64,000 bases of DNA from the NCBI GenBank assembly GCA_963821525.1, contig CAWGED010000004.1, positions 320,001 through 384,000 of the forward strand, read 5' to 3'. The notes below the pieces were generated by a model. That model was not told the origin of the DNA. It made no database searches and saw only the letters and a program-made list of their open reading frames with translations. A program made the position numbers and the translations under genes. Positions 1 through 10,685 of the stretch are shown in pieces. The first letter of the stretch is position 1. Every line of letters starts with the position of its first letter. The DNA comes from an uncultured Gemmatimonadales bacterium. Its GTDB lineage: Bacteria; Gemmatimonadota; Gemmatimonadetes; Gemmatimonadales; GWC2-71-9.

Positions 1-296
1 CCTCAGAATTGTACGGCATGACTTCCCAGCTTCGACGCGCGGCCGTCTCTATCGTATCCAACATTGCCGAGGGATGCGGCCGAGCCGGAGACCCGGATTT
101 GAGACGATTCCTGAAGATTGCGCGCGGGTCGCTTTTCGAGGTGCAATGTCAGCTCTTGCTCGCCGTAGATCTAGGGTACGGTAATAAAGACTTGCTCGCT
201 CAACTCGAACTCGAAACACGCGAGATCAGCCTGATGCTCCACTGTCTGATTCGGTCTCTGAAGTCGGGAGTAGGGGGTCGGGGCTCGGGAGTCTGA
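1..296 (+). CDS. Four-helix-bundle protein (23S rRNA IVP / TIGR02436-type family), 5' truncated by window edge
   Basis: Signature ELYGMTSQLRRAAVSIVSNIAEGCGR...FLKIARGSLFEVQCQLLLAVDLGY; C-terminal tail (KSGVGGRGSGV) is encoded by the heptamer array. Confidence 0.9.
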   Translation, partial: SELYGMTSQLRRAAVSIVSNIAEGCGRAGDPDLRRFLKIARGSLFEVQCQLLLAVDLGYGNKDLLAQLELETREISLMLHCLIRSLKSGVGGRGSGV

Positions 297-345
297 AGTC
301 GGGGAGTCTCCAGACCCCAGACTCCAGACTCCAGACTCCAGACTA
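256..345. repeat. Inverted pair of degenerate 7-nt tandem arrays (GTCGGGA/GTCTGAA ... TCCAGAC x5)
   Basis: Read directly; the right-arm unit is the reverse complement of the left-arm consensus; lies between convergent genes. Confidence 0.9.
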
Positions 346-1933
346 GCTGTCCCTCAAAATCTCCCTTGCCGCATTGTATCCACACGCTCCCATGACCCCG
401 CCGCCGGGATGGGTCGCGGCGCCGCACATGTATAGCCCCTTGATCGGAGTACGGTAATCGGCGTAGCCGGGAACCGGCCGCATGAACGAAAGACTGGACA
501 GCGACATCGTTCCCTGCATGATATTTCCGCCGGTCAGTCCGAAGCGGGTCTCGAGATCGGCCGGGGCGAGCACCTGGTAGTTGATCACCGCTTTCCGGAA
601 GTTCGGCGCGTACTCCGTCATGATGTCGATGCAGCGCTCGGCATAACGCTTCTTGTTTTCCTCCAGAGTTCCCGCATCCGGCGCGAGCTTGTAGGGGAAA
701 TACTGGGTGAACATCGACATCACGTGCTGCCCCTTGGGAGCCACCGTGTCGTCCAGCGAACTGGGGATCGTAGCCTCGACGATCGGATTCTCCGAGATGT
801 AGCCGTACTTGGCGCGATCGAATGCCTTCTCGATGTAGTCCCGGGTGGGGCAGAGGTGGATCGTGCCGCGGTGCTGAGGTCCCGCGGTATTCCCGGGCAG
901 ACAGGTGAAATTCGGCACCTCGGACAGCGCCAGGTTCACCTTGCAGCTCGCGCTGGCGTAGTCGAGATGGCGGACCGAATCCGCAAAGTCGGTCGGCAGC
1001 TCCTTGGGATCCATCAGCTGCAGGAAGGTGACGTGCGCGTCGACTGAAGACACGACCTTTGCGGCCCGATACTCGGTGCCATCCTTCATCGCTACTCCGA
1101 CAGCGCGCCCACCGTTGGTGAGAATTCTGGCGACCGGGGCATTCACCTTGATCTCGGCGCCTTTTTCCTTCGCGGCGGACGCGATCGCGTTACTGAGTCC
1201 ACCCATCCCGCCGCGCACGTATCCCCAGACTCCGCGTACCCCGTCGCACTCACCCATCACGTGGTGGAACAGCACATAGGCCGTTCCCGGCATCGAAGGA
1301 GTGGCGAAAGCGCCGATGATCGCATCGGTGGCGATCGTCGCCTTGACCTCTTCCGATTCGAACCAGCGATCGAGGATCGGATTGGCGGCGCCGGTAAGAA
1401 TCTCGACCGCCTTCTGTCCGTCGGTGCCGAGTTTCTTGAAGGCGAGTCCCAGCTTGAGCAATTGAAGCAGGTTGCCCGGCGCCATGGACCAGGGATTGGG
1501 CGGGGTCTGGACCAGCGTCGGCTCCAGGAAGTCGGCGACTCGCTCCAGCATCGCCTCATACTTGGGAAGCGCCTCGGCATCCTTCTTCGAAAACTTGGAT
1601 ACCTCCCGGTGAGTCATCTCCTTGTCGGGACCCATCAGGAGATACCGGCCGTCGGGGAACGGGCGTGAAGCTCGACGGGCTCCGGGGCAACATGGCGAAG
1701 CCGTGCCGCTTGAGCTCCAGGTCTCGAATGATCTCGGGACGGAAGAGGCTGTTGACGTAGCTGGCAGTCGAGACCTTGAAGCCGGGCCAGAGCTCCTCGG
1801 TCACGGCGCAGCCGCCGACCAACTCGCGCCGCTCGAGAACCAGCACCTTGCGTCCGGCGCGGGCGAGATATGCGGCGGTGACCAAGCCGTTATGGCCACC
1901 GCCGATGATGATGGCATCGTATTGGTTGGACAT
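343..1933 (-). CDS. Phytoene desaturase family FAD-dependent oxidoreductase (PYROXD2-like); frameshift near 1660
   Basis: N-term MSNQYDAIIIGGGHNGLVTAAYLARAGRKVLVLERR (ORF 1556..2023) joins ORF 343..1635 ending GLYMCGAATHPGGGVMGACGYNAA. Confidence 0.85.
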
Positions 1934-1983
1934 CGGAGTCTTCAACATTTGAATGGTGATGGGGTGACAACCAGGAGCCGCAG

Positions 1984-2058
1984 GCCGTACGCCATAAGCC
2001 TTAAGCCGTTGCCCAAGCGTCAAGAGCTTAAGGCTTTACGGTGTAAGGATTATGGCTT
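1984..2058. repeat. Inverted heptamer array (GCCGTAC/GCCATAA/GCCTTAA ... CTTAAGG/ATTATGG)
   Basis: 7-nt periodicity with reverse-complement second arm. Confidence 0.75.
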
Positions 2059-2175
2059 CACCTCACCATTCATCCTTATCGAGCCGGAGACCGATCCCAC
2101 GGTTGCAGAGAGTCACCCAGGTCATCGGTGGGAGAAGCTAACTCGGGGGCGGATTGGCGCAATGGAGTGTGGAAT

Positions 2176-2259
2176 GAATTGCAGATTGAAGATTTCAGAT
2201 TGAAGATTTAAGGAACTTCTGCCTGCAAATCTTCAATCTGAAATCCTCAATCTTCAATC
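2176..2259. repeat. Inverted heptamer array (AGATTGA/AGATTTC ... AATCTTC/AATCTGA)
   Basis: Read directly; the potC stop codon lies inside the right arm. Confidence 0.9.
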
Positions 2260-3087
2260 GCTTGTCTTGTCTCTCATCAGTCTCGCCCACACCCAAATCA
2301 CCACGACCGAGACCAGGAAGATCACGGTGCCGATTGCATTCACTTCTGGTGTGATCCCGCGGCGGAGCTGACCCCAGATCTGGAGCGGCAGCGTATTCTG
2401 GCGGCCGATGAGGAAGAATGTCACCGCGATCTCATCGAGACTCAGGGTGAACACCAGGAGCCCGGCCCCCAGCACCGCAGAGCGGATGTTAGGCAGGGTG
2501 ACAAGCCAGAACGTCTTCCATTCGCTGGCGTAGAGGTCCTGACTCGCTTCCTCAAGCGCGCGGTCGAATCGCTGCAACCGGGCGTACACCTGGGTCACTA
2601 CCACCGAGGTGAGCGCCGCGCCGTGACCCAATACCACGGGCCAGCCTGGGATGATGGGGAATCCGCTCGAAAGGCTCAGCCCGATAAACGAGAAATAAGT
2701 AAGGAGAGCGACTCCAGTGATGATGCCGGGGAGAATCAGCGGCAGAAGGACCAGGCGGCGAAAGGCGGCCTTTCCCGGAAACTCGAGCCGGTCAAGCGCG
2801 AACGCGCCGGGCACCCCCACCAGGAGCGCAATCACCACCGCCAGCAGCGCGAGTTTTGCGCTGGCCAGCGTCGCCGCGATCATGCCGCGATCGTGCGCCA
2901 GGTCCACGAACCAATGGAGCGTGAAAGGCCGGAACGGCCAGGCCACGATGCTCGAGTCGTGGAAGGCGTAGAGCACCACGACCACGAGCGGGAGATAGAT
3001 GAACGCAAAGACCGCGGCTCCCGCGGTCCAGAGCGCGCTGGACCACCAGTCAGTGCCGGGAGCCTCGGCGACCCGGGTCGCGCTCAC
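2254..3087 (-). CDS. potC: Spermidine/putrescine ABC transporter permease, PotC-type
   Basis: Multiple TM helices, EAA loop ([11 protein letters not shown]), TLPLQIWGQLRRGITPEVNAIGT; operon context. Confidence 0.85.
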   Translation of the reverse strand: MSATRVAEAPGTDWWSSALWTAGAAVFAFIYLPLVVVVLYAFHDSSIVAWPFRPFTLHWFVDLAHDRGMIAATLASAKLALLAVVIALLVGVPGAFALDRLEFPGKAAFRRLVLLPLILPGIITGVALLTYFSFIGLSLSSGFPIIPGWPVVLGHGAALTSVVVTQVYARLQRFDRALEEASQDLYASEWKTFWLVTLPNIRSAVLGAGLLVFTLSLDEIAVTFFLIGRQNTLPLQIWGQLRRGITPEVNAIGTVIFLVSVVVIWVWARLMRDKTSD

Positions 3088-4064
3088 TTGGTCGGGCCTG
3101 CCGTGCCCACCGCGGCGGCTGCGGCAGCCTGGACCTTGCCGGTCGAACCGGTGTAGTTCATCGCGGTCTCGATCTTGTTCGCCAGCCAGAGCAGGGTGAA
3201 GGTCAGCACCAGCATCACCACCGAGACAGCGGCCCCGAGCGGCCAGTTGTATGCCACGCCGAAGAGACTCACCACCAGATTCGACACCATGAGGGCGCTG
3301 TCATTGCCGCCCAGCAGCCCCGGCGCGATGAAATCACCCATGCTGAGGACAAAGCTGAACGTGCAGCCCGCGACTACACCGGGGAGTGAGAGCGGGAGCA
3401 CCACGTGCCGAAAGGTCTGCCAGCGACTGGCGTAGAGATCCTGGCTCGCTTCCTTCAACGCCGGAGGTATGGATTCGAGCACCGCATAGATCGGCATCAG
3501 GGTGAATGGCGTGTAGATGTGAATCAGCGCGATGATCACCGCCCACTTGCTGTAGAGCAGGAAGGTGACCGGCTGATCTATCAGGTGCGCCCACTGCAGA
3601 AAACCGTTCAGGATCCCTTCCTGCCCCAGGATGATCTTCCAGGCATAGGCCCGGACGAGGTAACTGACCCAGAGCGGAATGATCACCGCCATGTACATCA
3701 GGTTCCGATGTCGCTTGACCTTGAACGCCAACAGGTAGGCCAGCGGGTAGGCGAGCAGCAGGGCCACGATGGTGACCCGTGCCGCGATACCGGCGGAGAA
3801 GAGGATCGTGTTGGGATAGAGGGCCGTGCCGAAGAGCCGGCGGTAGTTCTCCAGCGTCAGCTCATGGGTGAGCTTGCCGTTGGTGAGCCGGAAGAACGAG
3901 TGGGCGAACAGGAACAAATACGGCAGCAGGAGCAGGACGGTCACAAAACCAACTGGCAGTCCCGCGCCGATGAGGGTGCGAATGCGGGGCCGGGCCCGAA
4001 TCCAGTCGAGCCAGTCGGGCTTGGCGGCGGGGAGACTAGTCGCCGACACAGCGTCCTCGCTCAA
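3084..4064 (-). CDS. potB: Spermidine/putrescine ABC transporter permease, PotB-type
   Basis: [27 protein letters not shown] loop, YNWPLGAA motif. Confidence 0.85.
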   Translation of the reverse strand: MSEDAVSATSLPAAKPDWLDWIRARPRIRTLIGAGLPVGFVTVLLLLPYLFLFAHSFFRLTNGKLTHELTLENYRRLFGTALYPNTILFSAGIAARVTIVALLLAYPLAYLLAFKVKRHRNLMYMAVIIPLWVSYLVRAYAWKIILGQEGILNGFLQWAHLIDQPVTFLLYSKWAVIIALIHIYTPFTLMPIYAVLESIPPALKEASQDLYASRWQTFRHVVLPLSLPGVVAGCTFSFVLSMGDFIAPGLLGGNDSALMVSNLVVSLFGVAYNWPLGAAVSVVMLVLTFTLLWLANKIETAMNYTGSTGKVQAAAAAAVGTAGPTK

Positions 4065-5115
4065 CCGGCCATGTGATGGTCAGAGTAGCATCCCGTTCGG
4101 GCGGCGGCTGTTCCGCGGGCCAATGCAGCACCAGGGAACCGGCACCCTCCACCGTCGTGTGTACCCGGGTTATCACACCGGTAAAAATCACATCTACCAC
4201 CCGAACCGGCAGCCAATGGGAACCATCGCCCGAGGTGACCGCATAAACGTGCTCCGGGCGTACGGCCAGCCAGGCCGGCTTACCCTCTTCCCACGACTTG
4301 GTCGCGGTGGCATCGAACTCGCGCCCCCCAATCGTGAGCCGGGCGGCCGAGCCGCCCAACCGCCGAGCCGCGGTCGTCTGCAGGAGATTGGTCTCACCAA
4401 TGAAATCAGCGACGTAACGGGAAACCGGCTCCTCGTACATCTCGCGTGGTCCACTCAACTGCTCGATCCGTCCGTTCCGCATCAGGGCGATGCGGTCGGA
4501 CATCGTAAGCGCCTCTTCCTGATCGTGGGTCACGTAAATGAAGGTGATCCCCAACCGCTTGTTGAGCTGTTTCAATTCGAGCTGCATCTCCTTGCGCAGC
4601 TTCAAATCGAGTGCGCCGAGCGGCTCGTCCAGCAGTAGGACCCGGGGGCGATTGACCAGGGCTCGGGCGAGCGCGACACGTTGCTGTTGCCCTCCGGAGA
4701 GTTGGCGGGGGGCCCGCTCTCCCAGATGACCGAGCTGGACCATCTGCAGCGCCTCTTCCACCCGCTTCCCGATTTCCGCTTTGGGGACTCCCCGCATGCG
4801 CAGGCCGTATCCCACGTTGTCCCGCACACTCATGTGAGGGAACAGCGCATAGGACTGGAACACGGTATTGATGTCCCGCTTGAAGGGAGGGAGCGGCGTG
4901 ATCGACGTGCCCTCCATCAGAATTTCGCCGGACGTCGGCCGCTCGAATCCGGCGATCATGCGCAGCGTCGTGGTCTTTCCCGAACCCGAAGCGCCGAGGA
5001 AGGTCAGGAACTCTCCGGCCGCGATATCGAGCGAGAGATCATCGACGGCGGTGAACGCGTCGAAGCGCTTGATGAGGTGGCGGAGCTCGAGAATGGACGG
5101 GATGATGCGGCTCAG
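4036..5115 (-). CDS. potA: Polyamine ABC transporter ATP-binding protein, PotA-type (start codon uncertain)
   Basis: Walker [47 protein letters not shown]; the ORF-track N-terminal extension to 5196 is repeat-encoded. Confidence 0.9.
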   Translation of the reverse strand: MSRIIPSILELRHLIKRFDAFTAVDDLSLDIAAGEFLTFLGASGSGKTTTLRMIAGFERPTSGEILMEGTSITPLPPFKRDINTVFQSYALFPHMSVRDNVGYGLRMRGVPKAEIGKRVEEALQMVQLGHLGERAPRQLSGGQQQRVALARALVNRPRVLLLDEPLGALDLKLRKEMQLELKQLNKRLGITFIYVTHDQEEALTMSDRIALMRNGRIEQLSGPREMYEEPVSRYVADFIGETNLLQTTAARRLGGSAARLTIGGREFDATATKSWEEGKPAWLAVRPEHVYAVTSGDGSHWLPVRVVDVIFTGVITRVHTTVEGAGSLVLHWPAEQPPPERDATLTITWPVERGRCVGD

Positions 5116-5116
5116 A

Positions 5117-5207
5117 GCTGAAGGTTGTGGGTAGTGGGTGGTGGGTGGTGAGGGTGAAGGCCAAGGTTCCAGGACCCCACCACCTGCCACCCACAACCGA
5201 CTACCTA
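5117..5207. repeat. Inverted heptamer array (GTTGTGG/GTAGTGG/GTGGTGG ... CCCACCA/CCCACAA/CCGACTA)
   Basis: Fills the potD-potA intergenic space. Confidence 0.85.
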
Positions 5208-6383
5208 TTTCGCAGCCTTAACCTCGTTCCACACTTCCTGATACTTGTCGCGCCGAGGGCTCCACTGCCAGAAATTCACCTTGGTGCCGTACTCGGCGAT
5301 GTCGCGCTGTGTTGCCACCTGCTGGGGTGACATGTACCCCTTGGCCCCCGGGCTCGCCACGATGTAGTTGGTCACGTCGGCCATCAGCTTCTGGGTGAAG
5401 GGCTGCGAGGCGTACTCCAGCCAGGCGTATGCCGCATTGAGATTGGCGGCGCCGGAAGTGAGGACCCAGTGGTCGGCCCAGGCGGTGGTCCCCTCCTTGG
5501 GAATCACCTCTCCAGCCGGGAAGCCGGCCGCGCGCAGCTGAGCCGTCATGAGCGGCCAGCCTTCTCCCGCCACGATTTCTCCGCTCTGGAAGAGCTGCGT
5601 CATATCGCCGGCGGTGGCCCAATACTTCCGGACGTTGGGCTTGAGCTCGAGTGCCTTCGCCTTGACCTTGGCCAGGTCCTCGTCGGAGAGATTGTACAGT
5701 TTGCTCCGATCGTTCGGATCATCGAGGCCCAGTGTCTGGGCAACCATCCAAAGCGTCGCGATATCATCCTGCAGCGACAGCTTGCCGCGATACTTCTTGT
5801 CCCACAGGTCGGACCAGGAAGCCGGAGCGGATTTGACCTTCGCAGTGTCGTAGATCAACGGGTTGGGGCCGAACGCCCAGGGCAGACCGTAGACCAGCGA
5901 GTCCTTGCGCGCCATGGTCAGGCCACGGAAGCTGGCCATGAGGTCGCTGTAGCTGGGGAGCCGCTTCATATCGAGCGGCTGGGCGAGGTTCGCCTCGATG
6001 ATCTGGGTGATCGCGTCGCTCGAAGGAGAGACGAGGTCGATGGTCTGCGCCCCGCCGGCCCGAAGCTTGGCGACCAACTCGTCGCTCGACTGCATGTAGG
6101 TGGCATTCACTTTGACGCCGCAGGCATCTTCGAACGGCTTGGCGAACAGCGTGTCGGTGTAGCCTTCCCACACCATGAAGTTGAGCTCGCCGCCGATCGG
6201 CTTGGGACACAACTTGGCAAGATAGGTCTTCGCGTCGGCGCGCGCGTCCGAGGTGGGCGTGATGGTGATCTTCTCGACGGCCCCGCTGGCCCCGCCGCCG
6301 GCCTTTTCGCCGCCGCACGCCAGTCCGGCTGCAACGGCGCCGAGCAGCAAGGAGCGAAGCACGCTCGAACGGACTCCTCTCAT
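5205..6383 (-). CDS. potD: Polyamine ABC transporter substrate-binding lipoprotein (PotD/PotF family)
   Basis: Lipobox (AGLAC), [27 protein letters not shown] at 6383. Confidence 0.85.
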   Translation of the reverse strand: MRGVRSSVLRSLLLGAVAAGLACGGEKAGGGASGAVEKITITPTSDARADAKTYLAKLCPKPIGGELNFMVWEGYTDTLFAKPFEDACGVKVNATYMQSSDELVAKLRAGGAQTIDLVSPSSDAITQIIEANLAQPLDMKRLPSYSDLMASFRGLTMARKDSLVYGLPWAFGPNPLIYDTAKVKSAPASWSDLWDKKYRGKLSLQDDIATLWMVAQTLGLDDPNDRSKLYNLSDEDLAKVKAKALELKPNVRKYWATAGDMTQLFQSGEIVAGEGWPLMTAQLRAAGFPAGEVIPKEGTTAWADHWVLTSGAANLNAAYAWLEYASQPFTQKLMADVTNYIVASPGAKGYMSPQQVATQRDIAEYGTKVNFWQWSPRRDKYQEVWNEVKAAK

Positions 6384-6552
6384 GATATGACCTCGAAGTG
6401 CATAGGTGGGACCGCTGAAGCGATGGTGGTAACGCAGAGAACCTACAGTGCAGCACTTGAATGGGAAGGCCGGGATCGCCCCTACCCTCGACATTTCACA
6501 GGGCGACGGCTAAGCTCGGCGTTCCAGCCTCTCGCAGCGTGCGGAGCCTCCG

Positions 6553-7905
6553 ATGCCCCCCGTGATTGATCTCAAGACGGCCATTCCCGGCCCCAAGAGC
6601 CAGGCCCTGAACGCCCGCCGTGCCAAGGCAGTTCCCCGCGGCGTGCCTTCAACTACACCGCTTGCCGTAGTCCACGCAGAGAACGCCGTTTTAACCGACG
6701 CGGACGGGAACCGGCTGATCGACTTCGGTGGCGGCATCGGTGTGGTGAACGCCGGCCACCGGAATCCCCGGGTGGTCGAAGCGGTCCGGCAGCAGCTGGA
6801 TCACTTTACTCACGTCTGCTTTCCGGTCTCCACCTACGAGCCTTACGTGGAGCTGGCCGAGAAGCTCAACGCGCTCACCCCCGGGGGACACGAGAAGCGC
6901 ACCTTCTTCGTGAACAGCGGGGCGGAGGCGGTGGAGAATGCCGTGAAGGCGGCCCGCCATTTCACCGGCCGCCAGGCGATCGTCTGTTTCGAGCACGCCT
7001 TCCATGGGCGCACCTATCTCGCCATGGCACTCACTTCGAAGGTGATGCCGTACAAGAAGGGCTTCGGGCCGTTCGCGCCCGAGGTTTACCGGATGCCGTT
7101 TCCCTACTGCTACCGCTGTGCACAGGGCGGACAGGGCGGGAAGGGTGGAGGTGGCTCGTGCTGCATGGCGAGCCGCGAATACCTGGAGCAACAGTTCGCG
7201 GCGATGGTGGACCCGCAGTCGGTCGCGGCGATCATCATGGAGCTGGAGCTGGGCGAAGGCGGCTTCGTTCCGGCACCGCCCGAATTCGTAAAGACCCTCG
7301 CGGCTTTCGCGAAGGATCACGGAATCCTGTTTATCGCCGACGAGATTCAGACCGGATTCGGGCGCACTGGGAAGATGTTCGCCAGCGAACACTACGGTCT
7401 GGTGCCCGATCTGATGACGACGGCCAAGTCATTGGCGGGCGGGTTGCCGCTCGCCGCGGTCACCGGCCGGGCCGACGTTCTTGAGTCGGCGCAGCCGGGT
7501 GGGCTGGGCGGTACCTATGGTGGGAACCCGCTGGCCTGCGCGGCAGCGCTCGCGGTACTCGACGCCATGAAGGAAGATCGGCTGGCCGAGCGCGGGGCGA
7601 AGATCGGAGAGCGAATTCGTGTCCGCTTCCAGAAATGGGCAGATCGCTTCCCCCAGGTAGGCGACGTCCGGGGACTCGGCGGAATGATCGCGGTGGAGCT
7701 GGTCACCGACCGGACAACCAAGGCCCCCGCCAAGGAGTTGACCGGCAAGCTCCTCGCGGAGGCACTCAAGCGCGGTGTGATCCTGCTCTCCGCCGGCACG
7801 CTGGGGAACGTGGTGCGAGTGCTGGTCCCGCTCACGGTAGAGGACGCGGTACTGGATGAAGGGCTGGATGCGATGGAGCGGGCGCTCGAGGTGGTGGTGG
7901 GGTGA
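6553..7905 (+). CDS. gabT: 4-aminobutyrate (or 5-aminovalerate) aminotransferase, class III PLP enzyme
   Basis: LIDFGGGIGV, NSGAEAVENAVK, FIADEIQTGFGRTG, TTAKSLAGGLPL, GGTYGGNPLACAA. Confidence 0.9.
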   Translation: MPPVIDLKTAIPGPKSQALNARRAKAVPRGVPSTTPLAVVHAENAVLTDADGNRLIDFGGGIGVVNAGHRNPRVVEAVRQQLDHFTHVCFPVSTYEPYVELAEKLNALTPGGHEKRTFFVNSGAEAVENAVKAARHFTGRQAIVCFEHAFHGRTYLAMALTSKVMPYKKGFGPFAPEVYRMPFPYCYRCAQGGQGGKGGGGSCCMASREYLEQQFAAMVDPQSVAAIIMELELGEGGFVPAPPEFVKTLAAFAKDHGILFIADEIQTGFGRTGKMFASEHYGLVPDLMTTAKSLAGGLPLAAVTGRADVLESAQPGGLGGTYGGNPLACAAALAVLDAMKEDRLAERGAKIGERIRVRFQKWADRFPQVGDVRGLGGMIAVELVTDRTTKAPAKELTGKLLAEALKRGVILLSAGTLGNVVRVLVPLTVEDAVLDEGLDAMERALEVVVG

Positions 7906-8025
7906 TCGTCGATGGTCGATAGTCGATGGTCGATGGCCGCGAGTCTTGAGTCGCGATTCCATTAACTCTCGGCCACCCTCCAAGCCTGACGACCCGAGAC
8001 CATCGACCATCGACCATTGACCATG
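7903..8025. repeat. Inverted heptamer array (GATGGTC-type x5 ... GACCATC-type x4)
   Basis: Begins at the gabT stop TGA; the last unit GACCATG supplies the ATG at 8023. Confidence 0.9.
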
Positions 8026-9371
8026 CTCGACCGCACCCGTCTCGTCCGCCAGTACGCTCTCGAACAGCAGCGCTTCCTCGACACTCATCCCCGTTCGAGG
8101 GCCCTCTACGATCGCGCCCAGAGATCGCTGCTCGAGGGCGTCCCGATGCACTGGATGAAGAAATGGGCGGGCGGATTCCCCGTGTTCGTGGCGTCCGCGC
8201 GAAGGCGCATATCTCACCGACGTCGATGGCCTCCGATATCTCGATCTGTGTTTGGGAGACACCGGTGCCATGACCGGTCACGCGCCGCCGGACACCCTCG
8301 AGGCGATCCGTCGCCAGGCGGCGCGCGGGATCACCACCATGCTTCCGACGGAGGACTCGCTCTGGGTGGCGGAGGAGCTGGGACGCCGCTTCGGTCTCCC
8401 CCACTGGCAGTTCGCACTCAGCGCCACGGATGCCAATCGCTTCGCGATCCGGCTCGCACGAATGATCACCGGTCGGCCCAAGATCCTGGTTTTCAATTGG
8501 TGTTATCACGGCACGGTGGACGAAACCCTGGTCATCCTGCAGGATGGCGTTCCCCAAATGCGGCCGGGCAACATCGGTCCGGCGGTCAATCCGGTGGAGA
8601 CCACCAGGGTGGTCGAGTTCAATGATCTCCCGGCGCTCGCGGAGGCGTTGTCGCACGGTGACGTAGCGTGCATTCTGGCCGAGCCCGCGATGACCAACAT
8701 CGGGATCATCCACCCCGATCCCGGATTTCTTGCCGCCATGAGCGATCTTGCCGCAAGGACCGGCACGCTGGTCGTCATCGACGAGACCCATACCCTCTGT
8801 GCCGGACCCGGTGGCTGCACGGCCGCGATGAATCTCCATCCCGATTTCGTCACGGTCGGGAAGGCGATCGGAGCCGGGGTTCCCGGCGCCGCCTACGGCT
8901 TCAGCGCGAAGGTCGCGAAGGCCCTGGAGTCGCGCATTCCAGTCTCCGACTGCGATACCGGCGGGATAGGCGGCACGCTCGCCGGCAACTCACTTTCTCT
9001 GGCGGCGATGCGCGCGACGTTGGAGCGGGTGCTTACGCCGGAGAGTTACCGGCAGACCATCCCGATGGCGGACCGGTTCCGCTCCGGAGTCGAATCAGTG
9101 ATCGCCGAGTATGCGCTGCCCTGGATCGTGAAGCAGCTGGGGTGCCGTGCGGAATATTGGTTTCGTCCGGCGCCCCCGCGGAACGGGGGCGAAGCGGCCG
9201 CGGCTGTGGATGTGGAGCTGGACCGCTACATGCACCTGGCGGCGCTCAATCGCGGCCATCCTGCTTACGCCGTTTCACAACATGGCGCTGATCGCACCGT
9301 CGGTGACCGAGGCGGACATCGACCGTCACACGGCGGTCTTCCGGGAATCGGTCGAGGCCCTGGTCGGATGA
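8023..9371 (+). CDS. Class III aminotransferase (GSA-aminomutase-like); frameshifts near 8200 and 9258
   Basis: GVPMHWM, LGDTGAMTGH, SATDANRFAIRLAR, VIDETHT, VTVGKAIGAG across three ORF pieces; ends ESVEALVG*. Confidence 0.8.
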
Positions 9372-10621
9372 ATCTGTGGACCGCCACTACCGCCCCGCTC
9401 AACATCACGTCACTAGCGAGCCCGCCGGAACGTGCCGACGTGGCGATCGTGGGCGGCGGCTACACTGGAATGTCGGCGGCTCGCAGCCTGGCGAGCCACG
9501 GTGCGGACGTTGTCGTGCTGGAGCAGGAGACTTTGGGCTGGGGAGCCAGCTCGCGGAATGGCGGGTTCGTGTTGCCCGGCTACAAGGCCGAAGTTGCCGC
9601 TCTCGCCAGGCGGTTCGGCCTCGAGCGGGCCCGCGCGCTCTGGCGATTCTCGCTCGACGCGGTGGATTTCGTCGAGCGGGTGATCGCCCAGGAGCACATC
9701 GAGTGTGATTTCAGGCGCTGCGGCCACGTCGCACTCGCCGCGCGACCTTCGCACGTCAAGGAACTCGAACGAGAGCGCCTCCTGCTGCAGGAGCGCTTTG
9801 GCCACGATACCGTCTTGCTGGATCGCGCGCAGGTTCGCCAGGAGATCGGCTCATCCCGTTACTACGGCGGCCTGCTGGATCCCGCAGCCGGGGGGCTGCA
9901 GCCCGCTGCCTACTTCGCAGGTCTCGCTCGTGCCGCGGTACGAGCCGGTGCCAGGACGGTCGAGCGCTGTGAGGTGCGGAGAATCCGCCGGCAGGGCGAC
10001 GGGTTCGAGCTCGACACGGCGCGGGGAGTGGTGCGGTCGCGCGAGGTACTGGTCGCGACGAACGGGTATGGAGGCCGCGTGCTACCCGACTTGGCCCGCC
10101 GGGTGATTCCCATCGGCAGTTTCATCATCGCGACCGTGCCGCTGGAGGAAGAGATTGCGCTCCGCCTGGTGCCTCGTGGTCGAGTGCTGAGCGATACCAA
10201 GAACCTGCTGTACTATTTCCGGGTTTGGAACCGCCGCCTGGTGTTCGGCGGTCGCGCATCCTTCGCCGCCGATGCGGAGCGGCAGAGCCGGAACATCCTC
10301 CGGCGAGGGATCGAAGAGGTCTATCCCGAGATTGCGCACGCCCCGATCGAGTATTCCTGGGGCGGCCAACTGGGTTTCGCTCTGGACTATCTGCCGCACG
10401 CCGGCACCTTCCAAGGGGTGCACTACGCCCTGGCCTACGCCGGCCACGGCGTCGCCCTCGCCAGTTATCTAGGACATCGGATGGGGGAGCTGCTGGCGGG
10501 CAAGGGAGAACGACCTCCGATCTGGGGCCTCCCCTTTCCAGCGGTTCCGCTCTATCACGGAAGGCCCTGGTTCCTGCCGATTGCGGGGGCGTACTTCAGG
10601 TTGCGGGATTGGGTGGGGTGA
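9368..10621 (+). CDS. FAD-dependent oxidoreductase, PuuB/OrdL (gamma-glutamylputrescine oxidase) family
   Basis: ADVAIVGGGYTGMSAA, GWGASSRNGG, YAGHGVA; ATGA overlap with the upstream stop. Confidence 0.85.
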   Translation: MNLWTATTAPLNITSLASPPERADVAIVGGGYTGMSAARSLASHGADVVVLEQETLGWGASSRNGGFVLPGYKAEVAALARRFGLERARALWRFSLDAVDFVERVIAQEHIECDFRRCGHVALAARPSHVKELERERLLLQERFGHDTVLLDRAQVRQEIGSSRYYGGLLDPAAGGLQPAAYFAGLARAAVRAGARTVERCEVRRIRRQGDGFELDTARGVVRSREVLVATNGYGGRVLPDLARRVIPIGSFIIATVPLEEEIALRLVPRGRVLSDTKNLLYYFRVWNRRLVFGGRASFAADAERQSRNILRRGIEEVYPEIAHAPIEYSWGGQLGFALDYLPHAGTFQGVHYALAYAGHGVALASYLGHRMGELLAGKGERPPIWGLPFPAVPLYHGRPWFLPIAGAYFRLRDWVG

Positions 10622-10626
10622 GCGGA

Positions 10627-10652
10627 TTAGCCGTCAGCCATAAGCCACAGGC
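10627..10652. repeat. Short single-arm heptamer array (TTAGCCG/TCAGCCA/TAAGCCA)
   Basis: Same AGCC-core unit as the arrays at 1984 and 40013. Confidence 0.6.
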
Positions 10653-10685
10653 CTTGAGGGCGGATTTTTCTCCATAGGGAATTCA

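Noticed and set aside
1..296. Diversity-generating retroelement or rRNA intervening sequence
   Set aside because: No reverse transcriptase, TR/VR pair or rRNA sequence in the window
8252..10621. 789-aa aminotransferase-oxidase fusion in the ORF track
   Set aside because: Artefact of an indel near 9258; the true aminotransferase end is in another frame, and its stop overlaps the oxidase ATG (ATGA 9368-9371)
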